Shown: positions 24,663 through 34,650, counted from the first letter of the stretch. The stretch: 64,000 bases of DNA from Halodesulfurarchaeum sp. (GCA_034520565.1 JAXHNL010000002.1:864001-928000); one strand, 5' to 3'. Numbers and translations: made by a program. Notes: generated by a model from the sequence alone, not told the origin.

Positions 24663-25030
24663 TGGTCGAGGAGCAAATCCGCGACCCTGACAGGATCGCG
24701 TCCCTTCTGCGTGCCGAACTCGAAGGGCTCGCCGACCCGCCGTTCGATTCGCTCGCCGTCGAAACACGGACGGAATCCCGCGGGGTTGGCGATCCCGCGT
24801 TCGACGTTCTCGCCGGCGAAAAGCTGGTCTTTGCGGCCACGAACCAGGACGATCGGCTCGTGCTGGAGTTCCGGCGACGGCCGGACGCGGTTCTCGATGC
24901 CGCAGACGCGGCCGGGTTGCCGGCCAGGCCGAAAGCGACCACGCCGCCGGCGACGGTGCTCTTCGTCGAGCGTGCAGCGGCGGTAAAGCGCGTGATTGAT
25001 GTGCTCCGGGCGACCCACGAGTCCCAATGA
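24662..25030 (+). CDS. Conserved haloarchaeal hypothetical protein
   Basis: Overlaps neighbours at both ends (TGATG, ATGA); RIASLLRAEL.G ... PPATVLFVE.AAAVKR. Confidence 0.75.
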   Translation: MVEEQIRDPDRIASLLRAELEGLADPPFDSLAVETRTESRGVGDPAFDVLAGEKLVFAATNQDDRLVLEFRRRPDAVLDAADAAGLPARPKATTPPATVLFVERAAAVKRVIDVLRATHESQ

Positions 25031-25830
25031 GCTTCTTCTCGGACCTCGCGGATCGGATCGACCGGGCCGACAGCGTCCTCAGCGTCGGGCTGGACCCCGA
25101 CCCGAACCGGCTCCCGGCCTCGGTCAGGGACGCCGACCTCCCCCGATGGGCGTTCAACCGACGGATCATCGACGCGACCCACGAGTACGCCGCGGCGTAC
25201 AAACCGAACGCCGCCTTCTACGAGGACCCCGACGGCTGGCGGGCCCTCCGCGAGACGGTGGCCTATGCCGAAGGGAAGGGCGTTCCAGTGGTGCTCGACG
25301 CCAAGCGAGGCGACATCGGCAAAACGGCCCGCCAGTACGCCGACCTCCTCGATGTCGTCGATGCCATCACGGTCAATCCCTATCTGGGCGGTGACTCCCT
25401 CCAGCCGTTTCTCTCGCGGGCCGAGAAGGGTGTTTTCGTCCTCTGTCGAACCTCGAACCCGGGTGGTGCTGACATCCAGAACCGGGAACTCGCGGACGGG
25501 CGGCGGGTCTACGAACAGGTCGCCGATCTCGCGCTGGGCTGGAACGAGCACGGAAACGTCGGCCTCGTCGTGGGCGCGACGGCTCCCGAGGAACTCGAAT
25601 CGCTGCGCGAGCAGGTCCCCGAACTGCCCTTCCTGGTTCCCGGCGTGGGGGCCCAGGGCGGCGACGTCGAGGCGGCAGCGACCGCCGGACTCGCCGACGG
25701 GGTCGGTCTCGTGAACTCTTCGCGGGGCATCATCTTCGCGGGCGAGGACGGCAAGGAGTGGGCCCCGGCAGCGGGCGTCGCCGCCCGACGGCTTCGGGAT
25801 CGCCTCAACGAGTATCGAACGGACGCCTGA
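25027..25830 (+). CDS. pyrF: Orotidine-5'-phosphate decarboxylase
   Basis: VGLDP, KPNAAFYE, LDAKRGDIGKT, RTSNPG, VVGAT, LVPGVGAQGG, NSSRGI. Confidence 0.97.
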   Translation: MSFFSDLADRIDRADSVLSVGLDPDPNRLPASVRDADLPRWAFNRRIIDATHEYAAAYKPNAAFYEDPDGWRALRETVAYAEGKGVPVVLDAKRGDIGKTARQYADLLDVVDAITVNPYLGGDSLQPFLSRAEKGVFVLCRTSNPGGADIQNRELADGRRVYEQVADLALGWNEHGNVGLVVGATAPEELESLREQVPELPFLVPGVGAQGGDVEAAATAGLADGVGLVNSSRGIIFAGEDGKEWAPAAGVAARRLRDRLNEYRTDA

Positions 25831-25909
25831 TCGGGCCGGCTCCGAACTCGACGGCCCGTTTGCCGCCTGCGGGGGTAGGCTTAACTCCCGCGCTGGCCAA
25901 CTCGCGAGC

Positions 25910-27505
25910 ATGGCCGGTGACAGGGCCCTGCTCCGCGAGGCCCTTTCGAAGGGCGAACGCACTGACGGCCGCGTCGAGTTCAAGGAGCGGCTCTCTCGGG
26001 AGGTCCACCTCTCCGAGGCCCGCTTCGAGAGTCTGGCCGCACAACTCCGCCACCGTGTTCTCTCAGGTGACGGCGAGGCCACCTACGTGGTCGGGGTCAC
26101 CGACGAGGGGCACGTGGCCGGCATTCCGCCGGCGGCCTTCTCCGAGTCGATGGAAGTGCTGAACTTGATCGCCGAGGAGGCCGGCGCCCACCTCGCCGAC
26201 GTCGAAACCTGGGGGACCAAAGACGGGATCGTCGGCGTGGCGACCGTGCGGGACGGCGGCTCGCTCGAGATCGCCTCGGATCATCTCATCGTCGGCACCG
26301 CCGGGCACGTCGATCACGGCAAGAGCACGCTCGTCGGGAGTCTCGTGACGGGTCGCCCCGACGACGGCGAAGGGGGGATGCGCTCGTATCTCGACGTGAA
26401 ACCGCACGAGGTCGAACGGGGCCTGAGCGCGGATCTTTCATACGGCGTCTACGGTTTCGACGACGCTGGCCCCGTCCGGGTGGACAAGCCCGACCGCAAA
26501 TCCGACCGGGCCACCGTCGTGGAATCGGCCGATCGCGTGGTCTCCTTCGTCGACACCGTCGGTCACGAACCCTGGCTCTCGACGACGATCCGGGGCCTGC
26601 TCGGCCAGAAACTCGATTACGGGCTGTTGACCGTCGCGGCCGACGACGGCCCGACCGAGACGACCCGGGAGCATCTGGGTGTCCTGCTCGCGACCGATCT
26701 CCCAACGATCGTCGCGATCACCAAGACGGACCTCGTCGCCGAAGAGCGGGTCGAGGAGGCCCAGCGGGACGTCGAACGCCTGCTCCGGCAGGCCGGCCGG
26801 AGCCCGCTTTCCGTCGCCCGCCACGGGGTCGAGGCGGCACTCGAAGAGATCGGCGACGGCGTGGTGCCGATCGTCCGGACGAGTGCGGTCACGATGGCGG
26901 GACTTCCGACCCTGGACACGCTGTTCGAGGCCCTCCCAAAGACGGCCGCTGCGGGCGGGGAATTCCGGATGTACATCGACCGGACTTACCGGATTACGGG
27001 CGTCGGACCGGTGGCCTCCGGCACGATCGAATCCGGGACGGTCGCCGCCGGCGACGAACTGCTGGTCGGCCCGGTCAACGACGGTACCTTCGAGCACGTC
27101 GAGGTCCGGTCGATCGAGATGCACTACCACCGGGTCGACCGGGCGGAGGCGGGGCGAATCGTCGGCATCGCGCTCAAGGGTATCGACGAGTCAGACCTCG
27201 AGCGGGGGATGGCACTCGTCCCTCGGTCGGCCGACCCGACGCCGACCCGGCGCTTCGAGGCGGAGGTTATGGTGCTCAATCACCCCACTCGCATCCACTC
27301 GGGCTACGAGCCGGTGGTCCACCTCGAGACGGTGAGCGAGGCCGCACGATTCGAGCCGCTCGACGGGCAGCTCTTGCCGGGAGATACCGGGGAAACCGAG
27401 GTCGAGTTCAAGTTCAACTCCTATCTCATCGAACCGGGCCAGCGCTTCGTGTTCCGGGAGGGACGGAGCAAAGGTGTCGGCACGGTGACCAGACGGCTGG
27501 AGTAA
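25910..27505 (+). CDS. GTPBP1/2-family translational GTPase
   Basis: GHVDHGKSTL, HEVERGLS, DTVGHE, TKTD; EF-Tu-like domains II/III (NHPTRI..GYEPVVH, FREGRSKG.G). Confidence 0.9.
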   Translation: MAGDRALLREALSKGERTDGRVEFKERLSREVHLSEARFESLAAQLRHRVLSGDGEATYVVGVTDEGHVAGIPPAAFSESMEVLNLIAEEAGAHLADVETWGTKDGIVGVATVRDGGSLEIASDHLIVGTAGHVDHGKSTLVGSLVTGRPDDGEGGMRSYLDVKPHEVERGLSADLSYGVYGFDDAGPVRVDKPDRKSDRATVVESADRVVSFVDTVGHEPWLSTTIRGLLGQKLDYGLLTVAADDGPTETTREHLGVLLATDLPTIVAITKTDLVAEERVEEAQRDVERLLRQAGRSPLSVARHGVEAALEEIGDGVVPIVRTSAVTMAGLPTLDTLFEALPKTAAAGGEFRMYIDRTYRITGVGPVASGTIESGTVAAGDELLVGPVNDGTFEHVEVRSIEMHYHRVDRAEAGRIVGIALKGIDESDLERGMALVPRSADPTPTRRFEAEVMVLNHPTRIHSGYEPVVHLETVSEAARFEPLDGQLLPGDTGETEVEFKFNSYLIEPGQRFVFREGRSKGVGTVTRRLE

Positions 27506-27579
27506 CCGGACAAGGGGCGCGTTTTACCTTTACCCCTACAGCAAACCCCTCTTGCCCCATACTAGTGACACGACCAATC

Positions 27580-28530
27580 ATGCCAACCCGGTCACAACTC
27601 GCTCGCAGTGAACGGATCCATCGTCGCACCGGACGGACGTTCTACCTCGCGACACGCATGTTTCCGCGCCGGATCCGTCATTCGACCTACGTCCTCTACG
27701 CGTTTTTCCGGGTGGCTGACGACGTCGTCGACACGACCGAACCGATGGCCGCGGCCGCCCAGCGCGAACGCCTCGAAGGGATCAGGGACGCGGCACTCGG
27801 GCGGGAGGAGACGGACGAACCAGTCCTCGATGCCACGCGGGATCTGCTCGATACCCACGACGTTCCGGATGCAGAAGTCGAACGGTTCATCGACGCGATG
27901 ATCGCGGACATCGATCACGAACCCTACGGGTCCCGGGCGGCCCTCGAGGACTACATGCGCGGGTCGGCCGTGGCCGTCGCGAACATGATGCTCGCTGCGA
28001 TGGGGACACAGGATATCGAGCGGGCAAAACCCCACGCGGCAGCGCTCGCGAAGGCGTTCCAGTTGACGAACTTTCTCCGGGACGTCCGCGAGGACATTCG
28101 CGATTACGACCGGGTCTACCTCCCCGGGGTCATCCGCGAAGCCTATGGCGTCACCATCGAGCAACTCGAGGCGGGCGTTGCGGACGCTGGTTTCCGACGT
28201 GCGATGCAAGTCGAACTCGGCCGAACCGAGGATCTCTACCGGACGGGTGTCGCCGGCATTCGGCACCTCCCGGCGGACACCCAGTTTGCCGTCCTCGTCT
28301 CCGCCGTCCTGTATGCGGACTACCATCGGGCGATCGTGGCCCAGAACTACGACGTCCTCTCGGAGCGACCGACGCTGTCGACCCGTCGAAAACTGTGGTT
28401 GCTCGCCAGAGCCCGGTTTCACTGGGCACTGTCGGGTGATCCGGTCGCTGTCTTCGAACGTGTGGCGGCGATCGACCGGGTGGACCATCTCGAGGCCGAA
28501 CTCTTAGCGCCGGTCGAATCGACGATCTAA
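27580..28530 (+). CDS. crtB: Phytoene synthase
   Basis: TFYLAT, LYAFFRVADDVVD, AFQLTNFLRDVRED, RVYLP; next to the carotenoid cluster. Confidence 0.93.
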   Translation: MPTRSQLARSERIHRRTGRTFYLATRMFPRRIRHSTYVLYAFFRVADDVVDTTEPMAAAAQRERLEGIRDAALGREETDEPVLDATRDLLDTHDVPDAEVERFIDAMIADIDHEPYGSRAALEDYMRGSAVAVANMMLAAMGTQDIERAKPHAAALAKAFQLTNFLRDVREDIRDYDRVYLPGVIREAYGVTIEQLEAGVADAGFRRAMQVELGRTEDLYRTGVAGIRHLPADTQFAVLVSAVLYADYHRAIVAQNYDVLSERPTLSTRRKLWLLARARFHWALSGDPVAVFERVAAIDRVDHLEAELLAPVESTI

Positions 28531-29346
28531 CAGTCGAGGACTCACGTCGAAGTCGAACCGTTCCGTCCGAAGCAGGCCGACGCCGATCAGCACCGCAACC
28601 GCCACCGGCAGCCACTGGCCGAAGTACAGGTTGACACCGCCCCAGAGGATGACGAAGCTGATCAGATCGTCGAGCATGAACCGGCAGGTCGCGAGCCGTT
28701 CGAGGACCCGTTCGCGGACCAGCATTCGGTCGAAAACCCACACCGAGATGGCACCGGAGAGCAGCCAGCCGGCGAAATTGCTCACCGGGACGCCGTAATA
28801 GCCGCCCCCGTCTACGTATCCCCAGAATCCCAGTCCCACGGCCCCCGGATCGAGGACCAGATCCATCGCCATGACCATCGCCAGCGTGCCACCGAGCCGG
28901 AGGCGGGTCGCGGTGGCCCGGGACCCCAACAACAGGACGACCAGTAGATAGCTGTTCAACACGAGCGGGAGGAAAAAGATCGGTAGCCCCAGGGGCACGT
29001 CGCCGAACAGCATCGGTCCCAGGTCGATGAGATAGTCGAACTCACCGTAGGGCAGCCCAGTTCTCACGCCAACCAGCTCGATCCCGTAGGCGTATCCTGT
29101 CAGGGCGAGCAGCCCGATCGTTCCCCGACGGTCGAGCAGGGGCAGAACGCCCGCGATGAGGGGTAACCGCATGACGGCGGTCCCGAAGAGGATGAGCGTG
29201 GGCTCGAAGGAGAGCGGGGCCGGGACCCAGCCCTCTGCACTGCCGATCAACAGGAGCGCCCCCACCGTTGGGAACACCACGGCGATGGTGAACCGGTTGT
29301 CGGCGACAGTGGTTTCCAGTCGCGTTTCGATCGCCCGCCTATCCAT
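28504..29346 (-). CDS. cruF: Bisanhydrobacterioruberin hydratase
   Basis: NRFTIAVVFP, E.VGV.TG.PYG, DLVLDPGA, YYGVP.SN..GW; downstream of lyeJ. Confidence 0.9.
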   Translation of the reverse strand: MDRRAIETRLETTVADNRFTIAVVFPTVGALLLIGSAEGWVPAPLSFEPTLILFGTAVMRLPLIAGVLPLLDRRGTIGLLALTGYAYGIELVGVRTGLPYGEFDYLIDLGPMLFGDVPLGLPIFFLPLVLNSYLLVVLLLGSRATATRLRLGGTLAMVMAMDLVLDPGAVGLGFWGYVDGGGYYGVPVSNFAGWLLSGAISVWVFDRMLVRERVLERLATCRFMLDDLISFVILWGGVNLYFGQWLPVAVAVLIGVGLLRTERFDFDVSPRLLDRRFDRR

Positions 29347-30166
29347 AGACGAGCCTCCAGAGCCCCCCGATCGTCAACAGCCCGCCGACGAGCGTGTTGA
29401 CTGCCGGATACCACCAGTAGGCCCGGTCCACCGGCACGCCCGACCTGACGACGGCTGCGAGTAAGATCGAGTACGTTCCGAACGCCAGGCCGAGCCGCCA
29501 TTCGAGCGTCAGGAAGGCGAGCGCGGCCACGCTCCAGAGGAGCCCGCAGTACCGGAGCGCTCCTCGCTCTCCGAGCCGCGTGGCCGTCGTTTCGAGTCCG
29601 GCGGCGCGGTCGGGCTCGATGTCCGGGATGGCCGAAAACGTGTGCATGGCCATCGCCCAGACCCACCCGCCCACCACGGCGGCGAGCGGTGGGTGGGTCC
29701 CGGCAAGCGCCGTGTAGGCGGCGAACCCGGGGAGGACGTAGAGTCCGTTCGAGAGCGAATCGAGATATGGCCGCCCCTTCAGGCGGAGCGGTGGGGCGCT
29801 GTAGGCAGTCGCCATGACGGCCCAACCGCCCAGGTATCCCCACGTCGCCGCAGGTACCAATGCCGTCACAGGGACGAGCATCAGGCCAGTGGCGATCACG
29901 GCGCCAGGCACCAGCCGACCGCCCCGATATCTGGTCTCTCGGTCCTCCTTCTTCGGATTGTACTGGTCCGTATCCGTGTCGAACAGGTCGTTGATACCGT
30001 AGAGATAGACGTTGGCCGGGAGGAGGAAGTAGAGAAAAAGCACCCCGACAGTCGGCGACAGGAGCCGTTCCAGGCTCGTGGCTCCGTAGGCGGCTCCGAC
30101 GAGAACGGGTCCTGCGAGGTAGAGCCAGAAGCGTGGACGGGACAGGACGAACAGGTACCGGAGCAT
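29339..30166 (-). CDS. lyeJ: Lycopene elongase/hydratase (UbiA prenyltransferase family)
   Basis: SRPRFWLY, YGINDLFDTDTD..NPKK, YSAPP.RLK, AMH.FSAIPDIEPD. Confidence 0.92.
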   Translation of the reverse strand: MLRYLFVLSRPRFWLYLAGPVLVGAAYGATSLERLLSPTVGVLFLYFLLPANVYLYGINDLFDTDTDQYNPKKEDRETRYRGGRLVPGAVIATGLMLVPVTALVPAATWGYLGGWAVMATAYSAPPLRLKGRPYLDSLSNGLYVLPGFAAYTALAGTHPPLAAVVGGWVWAMAMHTFSAIPDIEPDRAAGLETTATRLGERGALRYCGLLWSVAALAFLTLEWRLGLAFGTYSILLAAVVRSGVPVDRAYWWYPAVNTLVGGLLTIGGLWRLVYG

Positions 30167-30168
30167 CC

Positions 30169-31710
30169 TCAGCTCGTTGTTTCGTCCTTGAGCAGGTAGT
30201 TCGCCGTGTGTTCGCCGCTGATAAGTGTCATCGGCACACCGATGCCCGGCGTCGTGTACGAACCCGTGAAGTACAGCCCATCGAGGGCCGAGGAGCGGTG
30301 ACCGGGGCGGAAGACCGCGGTCTGTCTGAGCGTGTGGGCCAGGCCGAGGGCCGTGCCCTGCATGCTGTTGTACAGCTCCCGATAGTCCGAGACCGAAACC
30401 GAGCGCTCGAAGACGATGCGGTCACGGAGGTCGGTGCCGGTTTCCTCGGCCAGGTCGGCGAGGATCTGCTCCCGGTAGGCCGAGCGAGCGTTCTCGTCGT
30501 CATCGAGGCCGGGGGCGATCGGGACGAGAACGACGAGGGCGCTGTGGCCGTCCGGGGCGACGGTATCGTCGGTCTCGGAGGGGACCGAGACGTAATAGGC
30601 CGGGTCCTCTGGCCACGACGGCTCGTCGAAAATCGTTTCGAAGTGGTCCGACCAATTGCCCGGAAGAACGAGGGTGTGATGGGCCAATTCGGGAACCTCG
30701 CCTTCGACGCCGAGATACAGCATGAAGGCCGAGGGTGCATACGTCCGTGACTCCCAGTAGGCTTCGTCGTACTGCCTGTCCCTCGGTTGGAGCAGTGCCT
30801 GTTCGGTGTGGGCGTAGTCGGCATCCGAGACCACCAGGTCGGCGCGATAGTCTCGGTCCGCCGTGTGCACGGTGAAATTCCCTCGCGATCCACGGACCGC
30901 GGTCACCGGCGTGTCGGTCACGAACTCGACCCCGAGGTCCTCGTTCAGCGTCACCATCGCGTCGACGACGCCGCCGATCCCGCCCTCGGGATAGTACACA
31001 CCGAGGTTGAAATCGACGTGGCTCATCAGGTTGTAGAGGGCCGGCGTATTTCGCGGCGCACCCCCGAGAAAGACGAGGGTGTACTGCATGATCTGGCGGA
31101 GTTTCGGGTGCTCGAAGTACTTCTCGACGTGGTCCTGCATGGTGCCCAGAAGTGTCAACCCCCTGGCGTATTTGGCCAGTCGCGGGTCGAGGAAGTCACG
31201 GATCCGAGACCGGTCTTCGTAAACGAAGTGCTCCATGCCGATCTCGTAGTTTTCCTTCGATTTCGCCAGATAGCGCTCCAACGCGTCCCCGGCCCCGTCC
31301 TCGTAGGCCTCGAAGAGCTCGATCGAGGCCTCGAGATCGGGGGTGATGTCGATGCGGTCGCCGTCGGGATCTTTTTCGAGCCCCGGTGGGTTGCCGTCGG
31401 CTGCTGGACCGACGTTCTCCTTGAAGAAGAGCCGATAGTGTGGGTCGAGGTGTTCGAGTTCGTAGAACGCCGCCGGCGAGCGGTCAAAGTGCCCGAAGAA
31501 CCGCTCGAAGACGTCGGGCATGAGGTACCACGACGGCCCCAGGTCGAAGCGGAACCCATCGGCCTCGAGGACCGCAGCGCGGCCCCCCAACCGCTCGTTT
31601 TTCTCGAGTACGGTCACGTCGGCTCCGGCGTCGGCGAGATACGCGGCCGTCGAGAGGCCACCGAACCCGGCCCCAACGATCACGACGGACCGGCCGGATA
31701 GTGGGTTCAT
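30169..31710 (-). CDS. crtD: Carotenoid 3,4-desaturase (phytoene desaturase family)
   Basis: IVGAGFGGL, FDLGPSWYLMPD, GLAHTLRQT, PGIGVPM.LISG; position before lyeJ-cruF supports CrtD. Confidence 0.85.
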   Translation of the reverse strand: MNPLSGRSVVIVGAGFGGLSTAAYLADAGADVTVLEKNERLGGRAAVLEADGFRFDLGPSWYLMPDVFERFFGHFDRSPAAFYELEHLDPHYRLFFKENVGPAADGNPPGLEKDPDGDRIDITPDLEASIELFEAYEDGAGDALERYLAKSKENYEIGMEHFVYEDRSRIRDFLDPRLAKYARGLTLLGTMQDHVEKYFEHPKLRQIMQYTLVFLGGAPRNTPALYNLMSHVDFNLGVYYPEGGIGGVVDAMVTLNEDLGVEFVTDTPVTAVRGSRGNFTVHTADRDYRADLVVSDADYAHTEQALLQPRDRQYDEAYWESRTYAPSAFMLYLGVEGEVPELAHHTLVLPGNWSDHFETIFDEPSWPEDPAYYVSVPSETDDTVAPDGHSALVVLVPIAPGLDDDENARSAYREQILADLAEETGTDLRDRIVFERSVSVSDYRELYNSMQGTALGLAHTLRQTAVFRPGHRSSALDGLYFTGSYTTPGIGVPMTLISGEHTANYLLKDETTS

Positions 31711-31762
31711 ACTGCTGCTAACGGGCGGACACCCCAAAAAGCGATGGGCACCGGTAAGGGCG

Positions 31763-32698
31763 TCAATCGAGGTCGAAACTCTCGACCAGGATCGACTCGT
31801 ACACCTCGCCGGCGGTGTAGGTCGGCCCCCCCACCACGTCGATCGTGACCTGGGCGGGGCCGAAGACCGCCGGATCGATCGCCGAGAGGTCCCAGTCGAC
31901 GTGCTCGTAGATGGCTCCGAAGGGCTCGCCGTAGGTGACGGCTGCCGTTGAGGCCACGTCCTCCAGTACCGTGTCGTCCTCGCGGACAGTCAGGTGAACC
32001 TGCCCGCCGTAGACGACGCTGTCGTTGACCCGGCCCATCGCGGTTTCCTCGGTGGCCGGAACCGGCGGAATCGGTGCGGAGCCGCTGGCGGTCAGGACGT
32101 CCCCGGGATTGTAGCCGAGTTCGAACAGCCGGAACACGGCCAGTTCGGCGACCCGGCCGGCCCCGCTGACGCTGCCCGCGACGCTCCCGGTTCGGTAGGT
32201 GGGGAGATAGACGGTCTCGGGAGCGACGCCACACCGGTCGGCGACGTGGGCCGCGACCGACGCGGTGGGCAGGACGTCAGATTCGACGGCCAGCACGGCA
32301 AGATCGAAGGCGTCGGCGTAGTCGAGTGTCTGGAATTCGGTCTCTTCGGCCACGAGCGCCCTGGCCGGGCCGCTTCCCAGTCCCTCGAATCCCTCCTGGC
32401 TCAGCTCCCAGCCGGACTTCTGGGAGCCAAGGAGGGCAAGACCCGGTTGGTCGGTCGTCACTTCGACGTGGGGGAACGGGGACCCGGCGACGGTGTCCAT
32501 GCGGGTCTGGACGGTGGCGAGTCCGGCCGTCTGCAGTTCGGTGAGCAGGAGACCGGCCTCGATACCGCCGTGGCTTTCGACGCCGAAGTCGATCACGGTG
32601 GCGCCGTTCTCGAGCTGATGGGGAAAGACGCCCAGTTCGTCGGCGAACTCGAGGGCCTCGTCGGCCAACTCGATCGCCATTCGATTGAGACTCTCCAT
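31763..32698 (-). CDS. mch: Methenyltetrahydromethanopterin cyclohydrolase
   Basis: VIDFGV...GGIEAG, LGSQ..GW, GSGPARAL, MGRVND...YGG, D...FGPA. Confidence 0.92.
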   Translation of the reverse strand: MESLNRMAIELADEALEFADELGVFPHQLENGATVIDFGVESHGGIEAGLLLTELQTAGLATVQTRMDTVAGSPFPHVEVTTDQPGLALLGSQKSGWELSQEGFEGLGSGPARALVAEETEFQTLDYADAFDLAVLAVESDVLPTASVAAHVADRCGVAPETVYLPTYRTGSVAGSVSGAGRVAELAVFRLFELGYNPGDVLTASGSAPIPPVPATEETAMGRVNDSVVYGGQVHLTVREDDTVLEDVASTAAVTYGEPFGAIYEHVDWDLSAIDPAVFGPAQVTIDVVGGPTYTAGEVYESILVESFDLD

Positions 32699-32875
32699 GG
32701 GCCGGACTTCTCGGCCTTCGGCTAAAGGACTTTGCGTGGAGCGGGAGAAAACGGGTTCCACCCGTCCGCCGATACCGGGGTTCCACCCGCCCGACGACGC
32801 GGTGGCGCCACTCGGCCGTTCCCAAAAAATCGGGTTCGGGGATACAGCTTTCAGGTGCGGGTGCCTAGCACAACC

Positions 32876-33139
32876 ATGGACATGTCTGTCGAGGAAAAAC
32901 TGGCCCAACTGGAGTCGCTCGTCGACCGGCTCTCTGAGGACCAGGATGTCGCGGAGGATGAACTCAGAGACATCGCTTCCCACCTCGAGACGGGCACGAA
33001 GTACACCTGTGCGAGCTGTGCGATGTACTGCACCGGGGAGAACATCATGGTCATCTACGACACCGAGAACGACGAGTTCATCCAGATCGAGGCCCCGATG
33101 GACGAGTCGAAGCCGGTTTCGGTCACCCGGGTCAGCTGA
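32876..33139 (+). CDS. Small acidic hypothetical protein with CxxCxxxC motif
   Basis: 87 aa with haloarchaeal codon and charge bias; YTCASCAMYC. Confidence 0.7.
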   Translation: MDMSVEEKLAQLESLVDRLSEDQDVAEDELRDIASHLETGTKYTCASCAMYCTGENIMVIYDTENDEFIQIEAPMDESKPVSVTRVS

Positions 33140-33188
33140 ACCGACGCCGAAGAGGTGCCTTCTTGTCCGGCTCGGTCCCAGGGCCTGT

Positions 33189-34106
33189 ATGGTCCTCGGC
33201 CCCGACGCCACGGTCTACCTTCTCGCCCTCGTTCCAGCTTTCATCTGGGGCTTTACGCCCGTCCTCGACAAGCGGGGCATGTCCCTCGACGGGACCGCCC
33301 TGCAGGCATCGCTCGTGGTGGTCCTCGTCGACCTTTCGCTTTTCACCGCCGCCCTGCTCATTACCCGAGGCCCGGACCTCCTCGTCGGGCTCGACCCGGC
33401 CGTGGCTGGCCTCTTCCTCTTCGCCGGGATGACGGGGACGGCTCTGGGTCGGTTGGCGATTTTCGTCGGCGTCGACCGGGTCGGTGCCAGTATCAACAGC
33501 GCCGTCGTGAGTGCCCGGCCCCTGTTCGCGACGGTCTTTGCCTTCGGCCTGCTCGGCGAACCCGTCTCGCTCGACACGGGGTTCGGGATCGTCGTGCTCG
33601 TCGCGGGGCTGGTCGTCCTCAGTCTTGCAAAGGGCGGGGACCTCGGCGGCTGGGAGACCCGCGACCTCATCTACCCGATCGGCTCGGGGACGCTGTTTGC
33701 CTTCGGCAACGTCCTCCGGCGGTTCGGGCTCGGGACCGGCGGGGCGGACGTGCTGCAGGCCGTCGCGCTCAACGAGGCTGGAGCCCTGCTCGTCTTCGTG
33801 ACCTACGCTGCCCTCCGCGGGACCGCCGGCTTTCGGTCCGCCGACCGGCGGTCCTACGCCTATTTCGCCTCGAGTGGCGGCCTTACCGCGATCGCCCTGC
33901 TCTCGATGTTCGGCGCGCTCGCGCTGCCGGCGGGTCGGGTGGCCATCGTCGAGTCGCTGGCCTCGACGGCTCCGCTTTTCACGACCCTGTTCGCGTATTT
34001 CCTGCTCCGGGACCTCGAGCGGGTGACGCCCGGAATCGTGCTCGGCGCGGTGCTGGTGGTCATCGGCGTGGTGTTCGTGACGCTGGAGCCGGGACTGGTT
34101 GGGTGA
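33189..34106 (+). CDS. DMT/EamA family transporter
   Basis: About 10 hydrophobic helices in two repeats; GVDRVGAS, PLFATV, LGE, APLFT. Confidence 0.9.
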   Translation: MVLGPDATVYLLALVPAFIWGFTPVLDKRGMSLDGTALQASLVVVLVDLSLFTAALLITRGPDLLVGLDPAVAGLFLFAGMTGTALGRLAIFVGVDRVGASINSAVVSARPLFATVFAFGLLGEPVSLDTGFGIVVLVAGLVVLSLAKGGDLGGWETRDLIYPIGSGTLFAFGNVLRRFGLGTGGADVLQAVALNEAGALLVFVTYAALRGTAGFRSADRRSYAYFASSGGLTAIALLSMFGALALPAGRVAIVESLASTAPLFTTLFAYFLLRDLERVTPGIVLGAVLVVIGVVFVTLEPGLVG

Positions 34107-34344
34107 GGTCGGGAGAGTTGAGGAAATCGTGTCAGATCGGGGGTGTTGCTGGTTCTCGAACGGATCGATTCACGTGGTTTGCACTTGACGGGACGGTTGT
34201 GGAAGCGGGCCGAGGAGTTGATCGAGTGGGCTGGGGAACTTTCGGGGAATACCCATTCTCGCTTTATGGAACGATCAATGGGAACTCCCTGTTCTCTCTC
34301 CAAAATGGTGTGCAAGACTTAGAGCATACGTTCAGCAGTAGTTG

Positions 34345-34600
34345 TCGGCTAATGGCAACTGGGAATGGTCACTTCCCTGTTGGCGGTTCTGCCACCAACA
34401 CATTCACCCGAAAGTCAATACCCCAATTCAAACCTCCTTTCGTTCCGATCAACAGACGTCCGAGTAGGAAGCGGATCCGGTCCCATTCAAGCTGTCAAAT
34501 CCGATTTTGTTCTCCCAGAAAATCCGGCCATTCTGGTCATCTGGAGTCCCTTGACCGTTATCGGCAATTCGTATCAGTGTGGTTTCGTCGGTCCACGGCG
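34345..34600 (-). pseudogene. Decayed histidine kinase ATPase (HATPase_c) fragment
   Basis: LIRIADNGQGTPDDQNGRIF...GFDSLNGTG matches the G1/F/G2 boxes; followed by stops, and no N-terminal part is present. Confidence 0.6.
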
Positions 34601-34650
34601 TTCTCCCGCAAAAACACATTTGGTGTTGGCCCTGAAAACCCCGAAAGTAG

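Noticed and set aside
34200-34225. Degenerate third tRNA-Gly att copy at the island's left edge (AAGCGGGCCGAGGAGTTGA)
   Set aside because: Similarity to the tRNA 3' end is too weak to distinguish from chance.
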